This document shows, piece by piece, positions 1 through 11,973 of a stretch of 64,000 nt of DNA. Under the pieces are notes generated by a model. It searched no databases. It was not told the origin of the DNA and saw only the letters and a program-made list of their open reading frames with translations. A program made the position numbers and the translations under genes. Numbering within the stretch: position 1 is the first letter of the stretch; the number at the start of each line of letters is the position of its first letter. Source of the DNA: Pavona decussata (Eukaryota); contig CDRNST010000273.1 of the NCBI GenBank assembly GCA_977016875.1, forward strand, positions 3,162,001 to 3,226,000. The letters are read 5' to 3'.

Positions 1-473
1 TCAACAAACATTCCAACTTTGAAGATCCCTTGTTCAGCAAGTGTGCTCACGGAAACATTGAACCAAGGAAATGGTTAAAAGCAGGTATGCTCCTGGAATA
101 AGTGTAATTCATTTGGCAATAATTAATTGACTTGAGCATTGTTCTTTTGTTTATCACAAGTCATAAATATAGCTTATGTGACAGGTGGATATACCTGACT
201 GGAAAATGATGACAATAGAGATGGTGGGAAAGAAAACATAACAAACAGGTGGATAATGTTTCTCTCGAATCAATCATAACATTGCTCAATTTTTTCCCCT
301 TAGGTACTGTGGTCTGAAAGATTGTGTGACGTGCTGACAAACAATCCTTTGGTAAAGGGGATCAAGCAAGCTTCTGACCTTGCCCAAACCAGCTGTTTGG
401 AGGGTTTCCACTCTGTCCTAAACCACTTTGCACCAAAGATGATAGCTTACTCCTACATTGGCATGTACTGCAG
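1..473 (+). pseudogene. Kolobok-type DDE transposase relic, internal exons (1-84, 304-473)
   Basis: Exons bounded by AG/GT translate to NKHSNFEDPLFSKCAHGNIEPRKWLKAG and ...LCDVLTNNPLVKGIKQASDLAQTSCLEGFHSVLNHFAPKMIAYSYIGMYCR. QTSxLEgFHS..nhFAPK is typical of Kolobok transposases. Frameshift near 315. Confidence 0.7.
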
Positions 474-837
474 GTGCAATTTATTTCTGTTTTATAGTTA
501 ACAGTCAATACAAACATAATTATGACCATATCCCACCCCCACCCCCCCGTCACAAAGGTATCCTCTTAAATGTTAATGATAATGTATTTATATCCTGCAC
601 ATATCAACAAAGTCTCAATGCAGTTTACTACTCTTCTGAAATGAAAACCAATCCCTCCTCCTAGAAAAGTGGTTGAACAAAAATGAATATGTGACCCTCC
701 ACAGGAAAACAGGGACAAAGGTGATAGCACGCTCACAACACGCTAACACAGCACGCTTAGCGTGTGCAGTGTCACGGATATGCGCATATTTAATCCGTAT
801 GACAATGTAGAACACACTACCTTTTGTTACGGAATAC

Positions 838-1005
838 TTAGCACGCTAAACCTTTTGTTTCGATAAGTGTGCTCGATGTCACGCTTTGCGTGCGATTTGG
901 CACGTTAAACCTTTTAAGAGCACGCTTACCCTTTTGTTTTGATAATTGTGCTCGATGTCACGCTTTGCGTGCGATTTAGCACGCTAAACCTTTCGAGAGC
1001 ACGCT
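838..1005 (+). repeat. Subterminal ~79-bp direct repeat pair rich in CACGCT motifs (left end of Sola1 element)
   Basis: GCACGCT..ACCTTTTGTT..GATAA.TGTGCTCGATGTCACGCTTTGCGTGCGATTT.GCACG.TAAACCTTT occurs twice. TCACGCTTTGCGTGCG recurs near 9112 at the right end. Confidence 0.8.
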
Positions 1006-1371
1006 TGAAATATAACAAAACAACACCAAGTCACTTAAAAGCTGTCATTATCGAGACCGAAGATTAAGCAAAGTTCATAAATAAAAGCATCAGTGATTCT
1101 GAACTGTAAATTAACAGTGAAGGTCAACGTAACAAAAATATTTATTTTACTTACTCAAACCTTGATCTGGAAGATATATTCAGTTACCATGAGTTAAAAA
1201 TTCTTTTAGTCTCCACTTCTGGATCTTCGAAGTGAAATTTATGTTCTGAGTTAGAACACTATTACAGAAAACAAAATTATTATGGGATGTAAGCAGTGTA
1301 TCTCGTTACCATGGCTACGCGTGATCTGCTCTCAAAATTCGCGGTATCTTCTTGTATCTTCTCATCTGATC

Positions 1372-3303
1372 ATGGAGTCTACCAATGAACTTTCCTTTAT
1401 GCGTGTAAACTTGGAAGATCAGGCTAGTCTAGAAGAAGTTTCAGAATTGTACTTCGAAGCGCGAGCAGACGACAACAGTCAAGAGGCTGATGACTCACCT
1501 TGGGACGATAGCAGTTCAGAGAGCGGCGAAGATGAACCTGCCGATGACGAAGCTGAGATATGCCCCGATCTCTTGGAGAGCGACGTATCAGAGAAAGCTA
1601 AAGTGAAAACATTCTGCGATAACACATGTAAATGCAAGTTAGGCGAGGATGACAAACCATGCAGCACAACCCTTTCCTTAGACGACTTTTGGGACAGTCG
1701 TAACAACTGCAACGAACTATCCTCGACAGAACTTGATTTGGTAATACTGGGAGCAATTCAAAGTTCACTGAATTGCAATGAAGTTAGCGTCTCTGGCAGA
1801 TCCGAAAAGCAACGCAAGGTTTCACGAATGGCTTTCTATTATCACGGAAAACGAATTTGTAAAAAGTAATTCCTGTTTTTACACTGCTTGAACAAAAACA
1901 GATTCTGTAGTCTTGTGAAACACTATAGAAAGAACGGACTGACTTTGCGTGAGCATGGAAACAAGAAGCGACTTCCGAGTAGTGCGTTTTCTGCTGAAAC
2001 TGTGGAACATGTAGTTAAGTTTATGATGAACATCGCTGAAGACCAAGCACTCCTTCTACCTGGACGTGTCCCTGGATTTAAAAGAGTTGATGTCAAATTG
2101 CTGCCTTCGGTTTTAACTAAACACGGCCTTTGGAAAATGTATACAGAAATCAGCACAAGCCAGGGCCAACTCTCTGTTGGATACTCGAAGTTCTGCGATC
2201 TTTGGAATCAACTTTGCCCTTTTGCTGTGATTATGCGACCTGCCACAGACTTATGCTGGACTTGCCAGAAAAATAACAATTTAATTCAAAAAACTGCAAA
2301 TCTACCCGAAGTTCAAAAAGTCGAAGCCGTAAGAGCTCAGGAAGAGCACCTCCGTCTCGCCGCGGGAGAGAGAGAGATTTATAAAACCTGTTGTCAAGAA
2401 TCCAAGGAAAGTATTTACCACCAACTGCAAGAAGTAGATTTCAGCGTTGGACGTGAACCTTGTTCGTATACTGGAACTGTCCATTATTCTTATGACTATG
2501 CGCAGCAGTTACATTACCCTGCAAATCCAAATCAGCCAGGGCCTATTTACTTTAAGACCCCACGGAAATGCGCCATATTTGGTGTTTGTTGCGAAGCTAT
2601 ACCTAGACAGGTGAACTTTCTCATCGACGAGAAGGTGATAACTGGAAAAGGTGCTAATAGTACGATTTCGTATGTACACTACTTCTTCCAGCGCCATGGA
2701 CTGGGTGAGACAGAAGTGCAACTTCATGCAGACAACTGTGGTGCTCAAAATAAGAATTCCGCTTTTCTTTGGTACTACATGTGGCGTGTTATGACCGGCC
2801 TTCACGAGGTAATATACTACAACTTTTTGATACCAGGACACACCAAGTTTTCCCCAGACTGGTGTTTTGGACTTCTAAAACAAAAAACAAGGCGCACCTT
2901 CATTTCATCTCTGTTTGACATCGCCAAAGCTGTCGAAGAATCTGCAACTGTGAACGTAGCCGAACTGGTTGGCCTTCATAATGGAACAGTGTTAATTCCA
3001 ACATATGACTGGATGACCTTCCTCGGACATTACTTTAAAAAGCTACCACAGATTAAATCTTACTATCATTTTCGCTTCCAAAAGGACTATCCAGGCACGG
3101 TGTTTTGTAAGCAGTATTGGTACCCAGAAGAGAAGGCTGTAAACCTCCTTCGAAATGGAAGAGCACCAGAAGCAGGCAAACTCCCACCCACAATTTCACC
3201 GAGTGGTATCAGTCGAGAACGTGCAGAATATTTGTTCAAGGAAATCCGTGAATTTTGCCGAGACGGGACAGAGAACTTAGTCGCACCACCAGTGCCACAA
3301 TAA
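1372..3303 (+). pseudogene. Sola1-type DDD transposase, one in-frame nonsense codon (1867-1869)
   Basis: ORFs 1282..1869 and 1888..3303 are in the same frame, separated by one TAA (ICKK*FLFLHCLNKNRF). Motifs: SYDYAQQLHYP..PGPIYFKTPRKC, LHADNCGAQNKN, PGHTKFSPDWCFG. Confidence 0.85.
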
Positions 3304-3507
3304 AAACTGAATTGAATTTTGTATTGTTATTAGTTGCTGTTATTACCTTTTTCAGAACAATGTTCTTCAAGTGTTATGATTCAAGAACTGAGAATTAAGT
3401 GTAATTGAGACCCTTTAGTTTCAGTGTTAGTTTGTATCAAAAATTAAATTTACTATGACTTCAAAGCTTAAAAGACTTGTTCGTGTGTATTTTTCTTTGG
3501 CGTGCGC

Positions 3508-4890
3508 GCTGCTGTTCAACACTTTTCTGCAAAACTAACCGAATTGTGAATGAGTTTGGTCTTTGTATGCGTAAGTCGTTTTGTTTGAGTGCGCGCGTGT
3601 AAAAAAAAAAATCCGTTTGCTGCTGCACAACACTTTTCTGTGAAACTAACCGAATTGTGAATGAGTTTTGTCTTTGTATGCGTAAGTCGTTTTGTTTGAG
3701 TGCGCGCGTGTAAAAAAAAAAATCCGTTCCCTGCTGCTCAACACTTTTCTGTGAAACTAATTGAATTGTGAATGAATTTTGTCTTTCTATGCGTAAGTCG
3801 TTTTGTTTGAGTGCCCGCGCACATGTAAAAAACAAAATTCTTTCGTTGCTGCTCAACACTTTTCTGTGAAACTAATTGAATTGTGAATGAGATTTGTCTT
3901 TGTATACGTAAGTCGTTTTCTTTGAGTGCGCGCGTGTAAAAAAAAAATCCGTTCGCTGCTGTTCAACACTTTTCTGCAAAACTAACCGAATTGTGAATGA
4001 GATTTGTCTTTGTATGTGTAAGTCGTTTTTTTTTGAGTGCGCACGTGTAAAAAAAAAATCCGTTCGCTGCTGCACAACACTTTTCTGCGAAACTAACCGA
4101 ATTGTGAATGAGATTTGTCTTTGATGCGTAAGTCGTTTTGTTTGAGTGCCGGCGCGCGTGTAAAAAAAAAAAATCCTTTCGCTGCTGCTCAACACTCTTC
4201 TGCGAAACTAACCGAATTGTGAATGAGATTTGTCTTTGTATACGTAAGTCGTTTTGTTTGAGTGCCGGCGCGCGTGTAAAAAAAAAAAAACCCGTTGGCT
4301 GCTGCTCAACACTTTTCTGCGAAACTAACCGAATTGTGAATGAGTTTTATCTTTGTATGCGTAAGTCGTTTTGTTTGAGTGTGCGCGTGTAAAAAAAAAA
4401 AATCCGTCTGCTGCTGCCCAACACTTTTCTGTGAAACTAACCGAATTGTGAATGAGATTTGTCTTTGTATGCGTGAGTCGTTTTGTTTCAGTGCCGGCGC
4501 GCCTGTAAAAAAAAAAAAAAAAAATCCGTTTGCTGCTGCTCAACACTTTTCTGCGAAACTAACCGAATTGTGAATGAGATTTGTCTTTGTATGCGTAAGT
4601 TGTTTTGTTTGAGTGCCGGCGCGCGTGTAAAGAAAAAAATTCTTTCGCTGCTGCTCAACACTTTTCTGTGAAACTAATTGAATTGTGAATGAATTTTGTC
4701 TTTGTATGCGTAAGTCGTTTTGTTTGAGTGCGCGCGTGTGAAAAAAAAAAATCTGTTGGCTGCTGCTCAGTACTTTTCTGCAAAACTAACCGAATTGTGA
4801 ATGAGATTTGTCTTTGTATGCGTAAGTCAATTTGTTCGAGTGCGCTCGTGTAAAAAAAAAAAATCCGTTCGCTGCTGCTCAACACTTTTC
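3508..4890. repeat. Internal tandem array, 12 units of ~110-122 bp
   Basis: Unit is approximately TGCTGCTCAACACTTTTCTGYGAAACTAACCGAATTGTGAATGAGATTTGTCTTTGTATGCGTAAGTCGTTTTGTTTGAGTG(CCGG)CGCGCGTGT(A)nTCCGTTCGC. GAATTGTGAATGA was counted 12 times between 3541 and ~4800. Units differ in A-tract length and a 4-bp indel. Confidence 0.95.
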
Positions 4891-5210
4891 AGCGAAAAAG
4901 AAAAGGAACGAAACCGTTTAATTCTGTTTTATCAAGACAACTTACATCTTGTTACGCCACTTGCTTTACTGACACGAACCTCTTCTAAAACTAAAAGGGA
5001 AAGAAAAACAACAACAACATGAAAGCTTTGTAAAAGTTCTCACCTCGGTTAGAGTAATTGTTATAATTATATATGCAGCTTAAACACGCGTCTATTTCAC
5101 ACCTATTGTCATGAAAGGATTCAAAAGAATTAAGCGTATTATTGGGTGACGTGTATAAATAGGCGTCAATAAGATTATCCAGTTGTGCGTATTGCTTGAA
5201 CACCATCAAC

Positions 5211-8119
5211 ATGGCCTTCCGCAGTCTTGTTAAAATTCCTAAACTATGCCTCGTTTACTTCAGTATCGATAAAACAACATGCATTGTTGAAACAAAAAAA
5301 ATTAGAAGGAGAGATACTGGGGAGCCATTTTCCGACGTCGGTCCAGAAAGCAGAACCATGGTCACAATCAGAACCAGTGGCAAACAACTGGACGCAATGG
5401 TTATTGCAGCAAATGGTAAGCTAACTCTCCATACTACGATTTTATTGTTTTAAGGTTTAAGTGAGTTATCTGCTATTAAAATAATTAATTGTAGAACTAA
5501 CTGATATGATTTCTTTTCAGATAACGAGGAGAAGCTTAACCAGGAGGAGAACTCTTTTGTTGAAGACCCAGAAAACGCGGATCTATTCGAGGAAGTTGCC
5601 CACTCCAAAAAGAGGACCAGAGAAGAACCGACCTTGGAACCAAGCGCGAAGAGAAATAAAACACACGTGGACGAAGATGATGAGGTAAGTTGGTTTTTTT
5701 CAGACTGAAACCGAACAAGATGCGACAATACCGTACACAGCATGTCCTTTTTTCTGCCCATTATAGAGGTCAATTCATCGTTTTACTTATGACCCGACGA
5801 AACTTCTCGAACCAAATCGAACATTTTATTTATCGAGCTTAATCGAACGATCGGGTTCGATTGAGTTCAACAATCAAACACAATCCAACTCTCACAAAAA
5901 AATTGGAGTAATCGAACTTTGATTGAGTTTGATTAGGTTCGGTGGCCGAAGTTGGCACACATTCGATTAAAAATTATTAAAAATGATGACAGTAGGGGAT
6001 CATAAAATGATGCTTCAGTAAAGCTACATCAATCTATTGTTCGTTTCACCTAATTCTTTGTTGTTCTTGCATGCTAAAAAAGACTTTACAGAATTCTTGT
6101 CTATTTCGACTAATGGTTTGCACAGTTCAATTAATTTCGATTGGGTTCGGAAATCCAACGCAATCGAACTCTCACACAAGTTTTTGGGTTCGATTGTGTT
6201 CGATTGCCGAACTAAATCTAACCCAATCATTCGATTAGGTTCGATTGAATTAGATTTTGATTACCGAACAGTTCGAGTAGTTTCGTCAGGTTACGATAGA
6301 AAATTTGGTGATTTTAGTAACATGGCTTCCTAACGCGTGCACTATGGATATGATTGCTCAATGAACCATCGAATTAACTTTCAAACATTGTAGTCTGTCC
6401 TTTCAAAATTACTACAGAACTTGTGTAATTTATGCGTAAAAAGTCATTTTGTGCGAGCAGTTTGATCCCCAGCACCCACAGGAAAGAAAGAAACATTTTT
6501 TCAAACCCCTAGCCTCCCATGCAGTTATTTTTAGGGGACTCGTATTAGGAGGTAATACGAGTCCATTAAAAACAACTGCGTGGGAGGCTATCAAAAGCCG
6601 CACTCGTAATTTTTCTTAGTAAAGTGCAAGTGAGATGAGGCTATAAAAATTTATAAGAAGAGCGTACAGAAAGGCAGCTAACCGTTATTGAATGTTACAG
6701 ACTATGAAAGCTTACCTTTTAGTTAAGTACATCGTTTTGGCTTTCAACCACTATTCTACTATTCTGAAGTTAGCAACCTTGAGAAAAGTGATTGATCTGT
6801 AGATTTTTTTGCCCGTACATTCGCCTTCTCTATGGAGTTAGTTTTTCGTTTTAATTCACACCGCTTTTGCTCCAAAGCCTTTTCGCTACACCGCAGTTTA
6901 GTCGATTCGCTATATTTTAAAATTGACATATACTCTAATATTTGAGCTCAATTTACTCCTGATACTAACAGTGTGTAACGCAGAAACAGCGAAGATAATT
7001 TTTCACCCGAACTCACTTTAAGAACGAGAAAAAAATCACATTTTCTTACTTAACGGTGTAGCGACACGACCGTATAGCAAAACGACCGGATACCTTCACT
7101 CGGACCACCTGTGTTACGGTATCTATGACTATTTACTGACATTAAATACGTGGGAAAGAGTAATTAGGTTAATAATATTACAGCCTCCTTCAGCTAGGAA
7201 ATTTGTTTTTGCGAGGAATAAATTTTTGACAGGCGAAGAAGTCGAATGTTTAGTGAATGTTTTTCCGATTAGGTTTCTACTAGCTTGGAATCTGGTAAAT
7301 TCTAATGTACTAAGCTAAAAATTACTTATTATGCCACAGGTTAGGAGGTTGCACGCATTCTTAGCCGAACGGGATGCAAGGGAAGCACGCTTAAAACAGC
7401 AGCGATTGCCGAAAAAGAAAGACGCGAGCATCCAATGTGACACTGGGAAGACTCTTCAAAAACCACAGACATCAGATGCTGCAGTCCAAACAGACTTTGT
7501 AGACGTCATGGAAGACCTAAAGCAGCAAGTACGAAGTCTCGCTCAGATTGTCGGCCAGCTGACTGCCGTAAAAGACCAGAGGCAAGACGACATAAGAAAA
7601 TCGCCTGGACCGCTATTGAGCGAGCTGTTGTCTGACCTACCCGACATGTGCCACGACAGCTATGATAACTCCGGCAACGCCTCGATAGAAAGTCCTCTTC
7701 CAGGTCTATCAGCTCCATCACCTGTAGCATCCGCTATCAATTTACCATCGAGACCACCATTGAGAACCATACAGCTGAACAGTCCGCCAGCGAACCATTG
7801 TACCTTTGGCCCCACAGATGAACAACGTCGAAAAGTGGAAGCGATCACCTTCATGGGCTCGCAGGTGTCTACAACCGCCTTGGCTTGTGTCGACGTTCTT
7901 TTTAGTGAAGATGAATTGGTAAACGGCAACACTGCGGGGACATTTGGCTACAAAAAACTAGACGAACACAAGTTAGCATTTCTTGAATCTGTTCTGCGGC
8001 GTAAGTTTGATTCTCCATCTTTTGCAGCGCAATGGGAGAATATTCGTGTAAAGATAAATTCTAAGTGTAGAGGGAAAAGAAGAACTGTTGTTAAGAGATT
8101 GAAAATCCAAGCAAGTTAG
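5211..8119 (+). CDS. Spliced BEN-domain protein (~382 aa) carried by the Sola1 element; join(5211..5415,5521..5684,7340..8119)
   Basis: GT-AG introns with matching phases (1, then 0) give an uninterrupted frame: MAFRSLVK...IAAN/DNEEKL...EDDE/VRRLHAFLAERDAREARL. A coiled-coil and P/S-rich linker precede a C-terminal BEN-like domain (LFSEDELVNGNTAG...KKLDEHKL...WENIRVKINSKCRGKRR). Confidence 0.75.
5792..6291. mobile_element. ~500-bp non-autonomous TIR element (MITE) in intron 2 of the BEN gene
   Basis: Imperfect TIRs ACCCGACGAAACTTCTCGAAC / GTTCGAGTAGTTTCGTCAGGT. Interior is rich in AATCGAAC/GTTCGATT motifs. Confidence 0.6.
6510..6590. repeat. 81-bp hairpin mini-MITE
   Basis: TAGCCTCCCATGCAGTT...GGACTCGTATT..AATACGAGTCC...AACTGCGTGGGAGGCTA is a near-perfect palindrome. 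Confidence 0.7.
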
Positions 8120-9582
8120 AAAAACTCGAAGAGTAACAAAGTTTACTGAAAAGTTGTATTACAATGTAGACATTGACTGAGCGTGTATTGTTTTTTTCTA
8201 AACATCAAATTTTCGTTCGAAAATTAAGGAAACCATTGATGTGAAGTATAGAAGTATTTAGCTGCTTATGGGTGTTCGCCGGATTATTTTGTAAGTTCTG
8301 ATAGATTATTTAATTAAAGTGTGGCTTTGAAATATTCGACAGTTCATTATTGTTTATAACTCTAGTAATAAAAACTTTAGGGTTAACCTTGTACCCGTTA
8401 ACGTGTTTTTTTTTTTATTTTTGATTCACAATTGGCCCGTCAAAAACGGATAAGAAAATGTCAATAAAATCCAGATTTAGTGCGCTAGGTGATTTCAGAA
8501 AAACTGTTTGAAAGAAGGTTTTCCAGTGATTCAATGTCAATGAAAGTAACTTGTCCATAAAATTGCTGCACGCTGTACATAAACTTAATTGGGGTCATGA
8601 CAAGCGAACTGTTTTCGTTTTCAACGAATTTTACCAAAAAACTCGCTCACGTTTGGTACACTATAGGACAAGAGACTAAGCTTTGGGAAAGCGAGTGGAA
8701 ATCAAACTAAACCCTCGAGATTGCTAAGGCGATGTTTTGATTTCGCTCGCGAAAGACCAGGCGGCCTCCCCCCCACGAGCTAAGCCGCGTTAACACTGGG
8801 ACCGAATATTCTCGCCTCGCGAAAAAGGCGTCGCTGGTTGTGCTCTTCGCGGCCGCTCGTCGCTGGTTATTGAAAACAAAATAGAAAGGAATTGGTGTGA
8901 ACCGAAGTTACCCTCGTACTAAGCCAGGAACACAATGCAAAGCTTGCTTTGAAAATTCGCAAATGTGTAGAGCGATGGATGTAATTGTCGATAGCACAAA
9001 GTTTTCGGCTTTTTGCGAATAAGGAATGGCAAGTTGACAACATGCTTTGAAAAGGTATTTCTGATTTAATGTCTGGTTTGTGAAACAGTCTTTCTTCAAA
9101 AAAATAGACTGGTCACGCTTTGCGTGCGTTTTCGCACGGCCAGCGTGCTGTGTTTTTTCGCACGCAGCCTTTTGTTGTTGAGATTAACACGCCTTTTTGT
9201 TCGATCGATCACGCTTCTTTGTTCGCTAGGTCACGCTTTCTATTGTTTTTAGCGTGTCCTGCGAAACAAAAGATTCAGTAATGAGGCAAGATTCTGAACA
9301 CGCCTTAAGCGTGCTAAAATCAAATTCTTTTGTTTTAAAGTGGAAGCGTGTTGTGAGCGTGCTATCACCTTTGTCCCTGTTTTCCCGTGGAGGGTCACAT
9401 ATTATATAAAGTAAGAAAGCTGGACATTATTGTATAGAAATGTTTTGTCAATTTTGTCTTTTCTTTGTTCACATCTGGACCTCGACTCGGTGTTATTGTG
9501 CAGTGTATAACTTAGGTCAACAGAAGAAATAATTCAATCAATATTTCTACATCTGGACCTCATGCAGGCATGTTTTTTGCAG

Positions 9583-10545
9583 GCATATCTTAGCTGCGGT
9601 TCACTTTAACTTCAACTTGCACAGAGAAGTGAGGCATCGAGAGACAGACGGAGTTGAGAAGTCAAAGTCTCTTACCCGAAATTTAAAAATGGAGAGGCGA
9701 CTGTGAGAGATGTGAGAGTCACCAAACTTTGGTAAGCATTTGACATTCTTATGTGCGAATTTTACAGTGTTCTTGAAGGGTGTAATTTGATCATTTCCTT
9801 CCTTCTGTTTTTGATAAATTTACAGATTATGTAAAAGAAATATTCCAGACTTTAATCACTGCTAGCAAAGATGAGTTACAGGATGCTAGTACAAAGATAA
9901 GGCCCCTACAGCAATGAACTCCATGTTTGAGAAGCAGCCAAGAGCAGAGGCTTTGCACAAGAGGGAACAAAGGAGCAGAATGGTTGTAAAAGATGTCCCT
10001 CCAACCACACCAGGTACTTTCCAGGTAACATCTCGGAATTTTTTTTTTGTTGTTGTTGTTGTTTTTGGGTTTTTTTTTTTGCATTACATCACTATTGCAC
10101 TCTGAGAAAAAACTCTTGTTGTGAATAGAGTGAAAGGAATAAAGAAAACCAATAATATTAAATTGACAGAAACTTCATTGCCCTCGATTTTGTTTTTCAT
10201 TAATGGGTCTGATGCACTTCTGGCTGTCTCAAACTCCCTGTAGTTTAAACATTAGTTTTGGTTCCTTGAGTATAGGAATTCAGTAGAAATCCACTTTGTT
10301 GCTTCAACCCATTTGACTGTTGTCATGTTAATATTGATGAATAGATAAAAAAATTGTCATTGCAAGCACTGTTGAAAGTGTAAGGAGTGAGACTTTGTAT
10401 TTTCGTCTTATCAGTTTCTCAGGTCCCTGAAACAACTGGACAGCAACTTAAAGAAAAAACCACACGTAGATATAGAGAGCGCAAGCAGCCCTTAAAAGGC
10501 CATAAAGATGTTGTAAATTGTCTAAGAAATAGGCGCCAAAAATAG
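9583..10545 (+). pseudogene. Kolobok-type transposase relic, 3' exons (9583-9731, 9826-10013, 10415-10545)
   Basis: HILAAVHFNFNLHRE...VKVSYPKFKNGEATVRDVRV continues in phase from the exon ending at 473. Later exons give YVKEIFQTL...MNSMFEKQPR and ...PLKGHKDVVNCLRN*. Several frameshifts. Confidence 0.65.
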
Positions 10546-11213
10546 CAACTCACTTTTTTTAAGTGAGGTGACTCTTTAGCACTACAGTGGATCACAGTTA
10601 TTAAATATTGACATGTCTAAATCCAACTTTTTATTTTATTTTGTTCTATTATTGTCATATCATTCTGTCAGAATATTTATTTTTTCTATTAATAACAGAC
10701 TACACATAATAAAATAATCATTACCCATTTGAATGGGCATTTAAAAATTTGTATCTGGGTGGTTGTGCTCATATTACTTCCAGCTGAGAGGAGGCCATTA
10801 CACAGTCCACAACAATACCATCATGATGATAATGAAGTCAACAAACACCAGAGTTTAATTTGAAAAAAACACAAACAAACAAAAAAGAACAAAAGATAAT
10901 TCAGAAACGTTATACTCAGTATAAATCACCATAATGCAGCATCAATCCTTTCACTCACTTACAGTCAGTTGTTGACAAAAAGCGGTGCTTACCACCAGAA
11001 AGTAACTCCAATTGAACCTTTGTATTTGAACTTGGTTATTTCAAACCCCCAGCTATTTCAAAGTGAATTATATTGTCACCACATTCATCACCAAGTGACC
11101 TTGTCTTGCAGAGCGAGCCAGGGTTGCCTTTGATCACATTGCTTTTACCTAATAGCAAAGAAGTTCACCACATAACATGAAATGAGGCTGGACACTAGGA
11201 ATGAAAGTTCCAG

Positions 11214-11379
11214 CTAGTCATCTTCATCAAGGCCAAAACCAGTAACATTTTCATCTTTACTGACTGGAAATTGTTTTCTTATCGCTGTATAGGCACATGC
11301 TGGTAAAGGAATCCTCCTGTTTCCCAAGATACCATACACAAGTCTTGAGAACTCGGGATAAGAAACACTTCGTAAGAAA
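11214..11379 (-). pseudogene. Last exon of KolX (P2X7 C-terminal/ballast-like) accessory protein of Kolobok, convergent with the transposase
   Basis: After a CAG acceptor the minus strand reads FLRSVSYPEFSRLVYGILGNRRIPLPACAYTAIRKQFPVSKDENVTGFGLDEDD*, matching the YRxF...G.LG...R.PLP.C....IR..FP signature. Upstream exons were not found. Confidence 0.75.
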
Positions 11380-11529
11380 CTGGAAGAAATCAAAAAGAAT
11401 CAAAGGCAGCAATCAGTATTTGTTGACAACTATTTGCAGTGCATTATTGTAATTCAGCTCTGTTAAGACACTTACTTGTGCAAGGTAACAATATCATTAT
11501 GAATTTTCTGTATTTGATTTTGTCGAATT

Positions 11530-11973
11530 TTCCACAAAATCAACTGCCTCACTGAACCTAAACCTCGTTCATTCTTGTAGAAATAGCTTGTCTTATTGTT
11601 GCCTTGGATGCGGCAAACCAGTAAAAACAACAGTTTTGTTAGGCATGGCGACTAGTCAAAACATGGTCAAATAAAGCAGTTATAAGTTGTATGCACCTTT
11701 TCCTGCTGGAATACACGCGGTCTTCCTTAGAGAACAAATTCTAAAAGCTTTTCGTCCGCCATGTTTTTACAGAGGAAGCAGCATGCGCACTAGGCAAAAA
11801 TCGAGTACGCTGACCGAGATGTTGAGCCTTTTACCAGTACCAAATCATAATTTCACATCGTTTGGCACGGTAGAAAAAAGGATGTGTAAACGAGTAATCA
11901 GTACTATTTTCTTGGTACGCGTATCACTTTCATCCAAGCCGTGCCTAAAATTTTCTGCCGTGTAAATGGGGCT
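11530..11973 (-). mobile_element. Truncated end of a Harbinger-like element
   Basis: Terminus AGCCCCATTTACACGGCAG next to TAA resembles the complete Harbinger TIR at 39758 (AGGCCGGTTTACACG). A degraded MADEKLL... frame follows. No partner end is visible. Confidence 0.35.

Larger units (their letters stand above)
691..9398 (+). mobile_element. Complete Sola1-type DNA transposon (8.7 kb) inserted in an intron of the Kolobok transposase
   Basis: 54-bp TIRs at 691-744 and 9345-9398 (GTGACCCTCCACRGGAAAACAGGGACAAAGGTGATAGCACGCTCACAACACGCT, 1 mismatch). 4-bp TSD ATAT at 687-690 and 9399-9402 fits the AWWT target preference of Sola1. Host exons resume on both sides. Confidence 0.85.

Noticed and set aside
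3508-4890. CRISPR-like array, and the many short ORFs on both strands here
   Set aside because: Units are near-identical along their full length with no unique spacers, there are no cas genes, and the context is eukaryotic. The ORFs are translation artefacts of the repeat.
7331-7339. ATG at 7331 as the start of a stand-alone 262-aa protein
   Set aside because: CAG at 7337-7339 works as a phase-0 acceptor joining the upstream exons in frame, so a three-exon model is preferred. This is not proven without transcripts.
11214-11379. P2X7 purinoceptor gene
   Set aside because: Only the ballast/KolX-like segment is present, convergent with a Kolobok-type transposase. No channel exons are seen.
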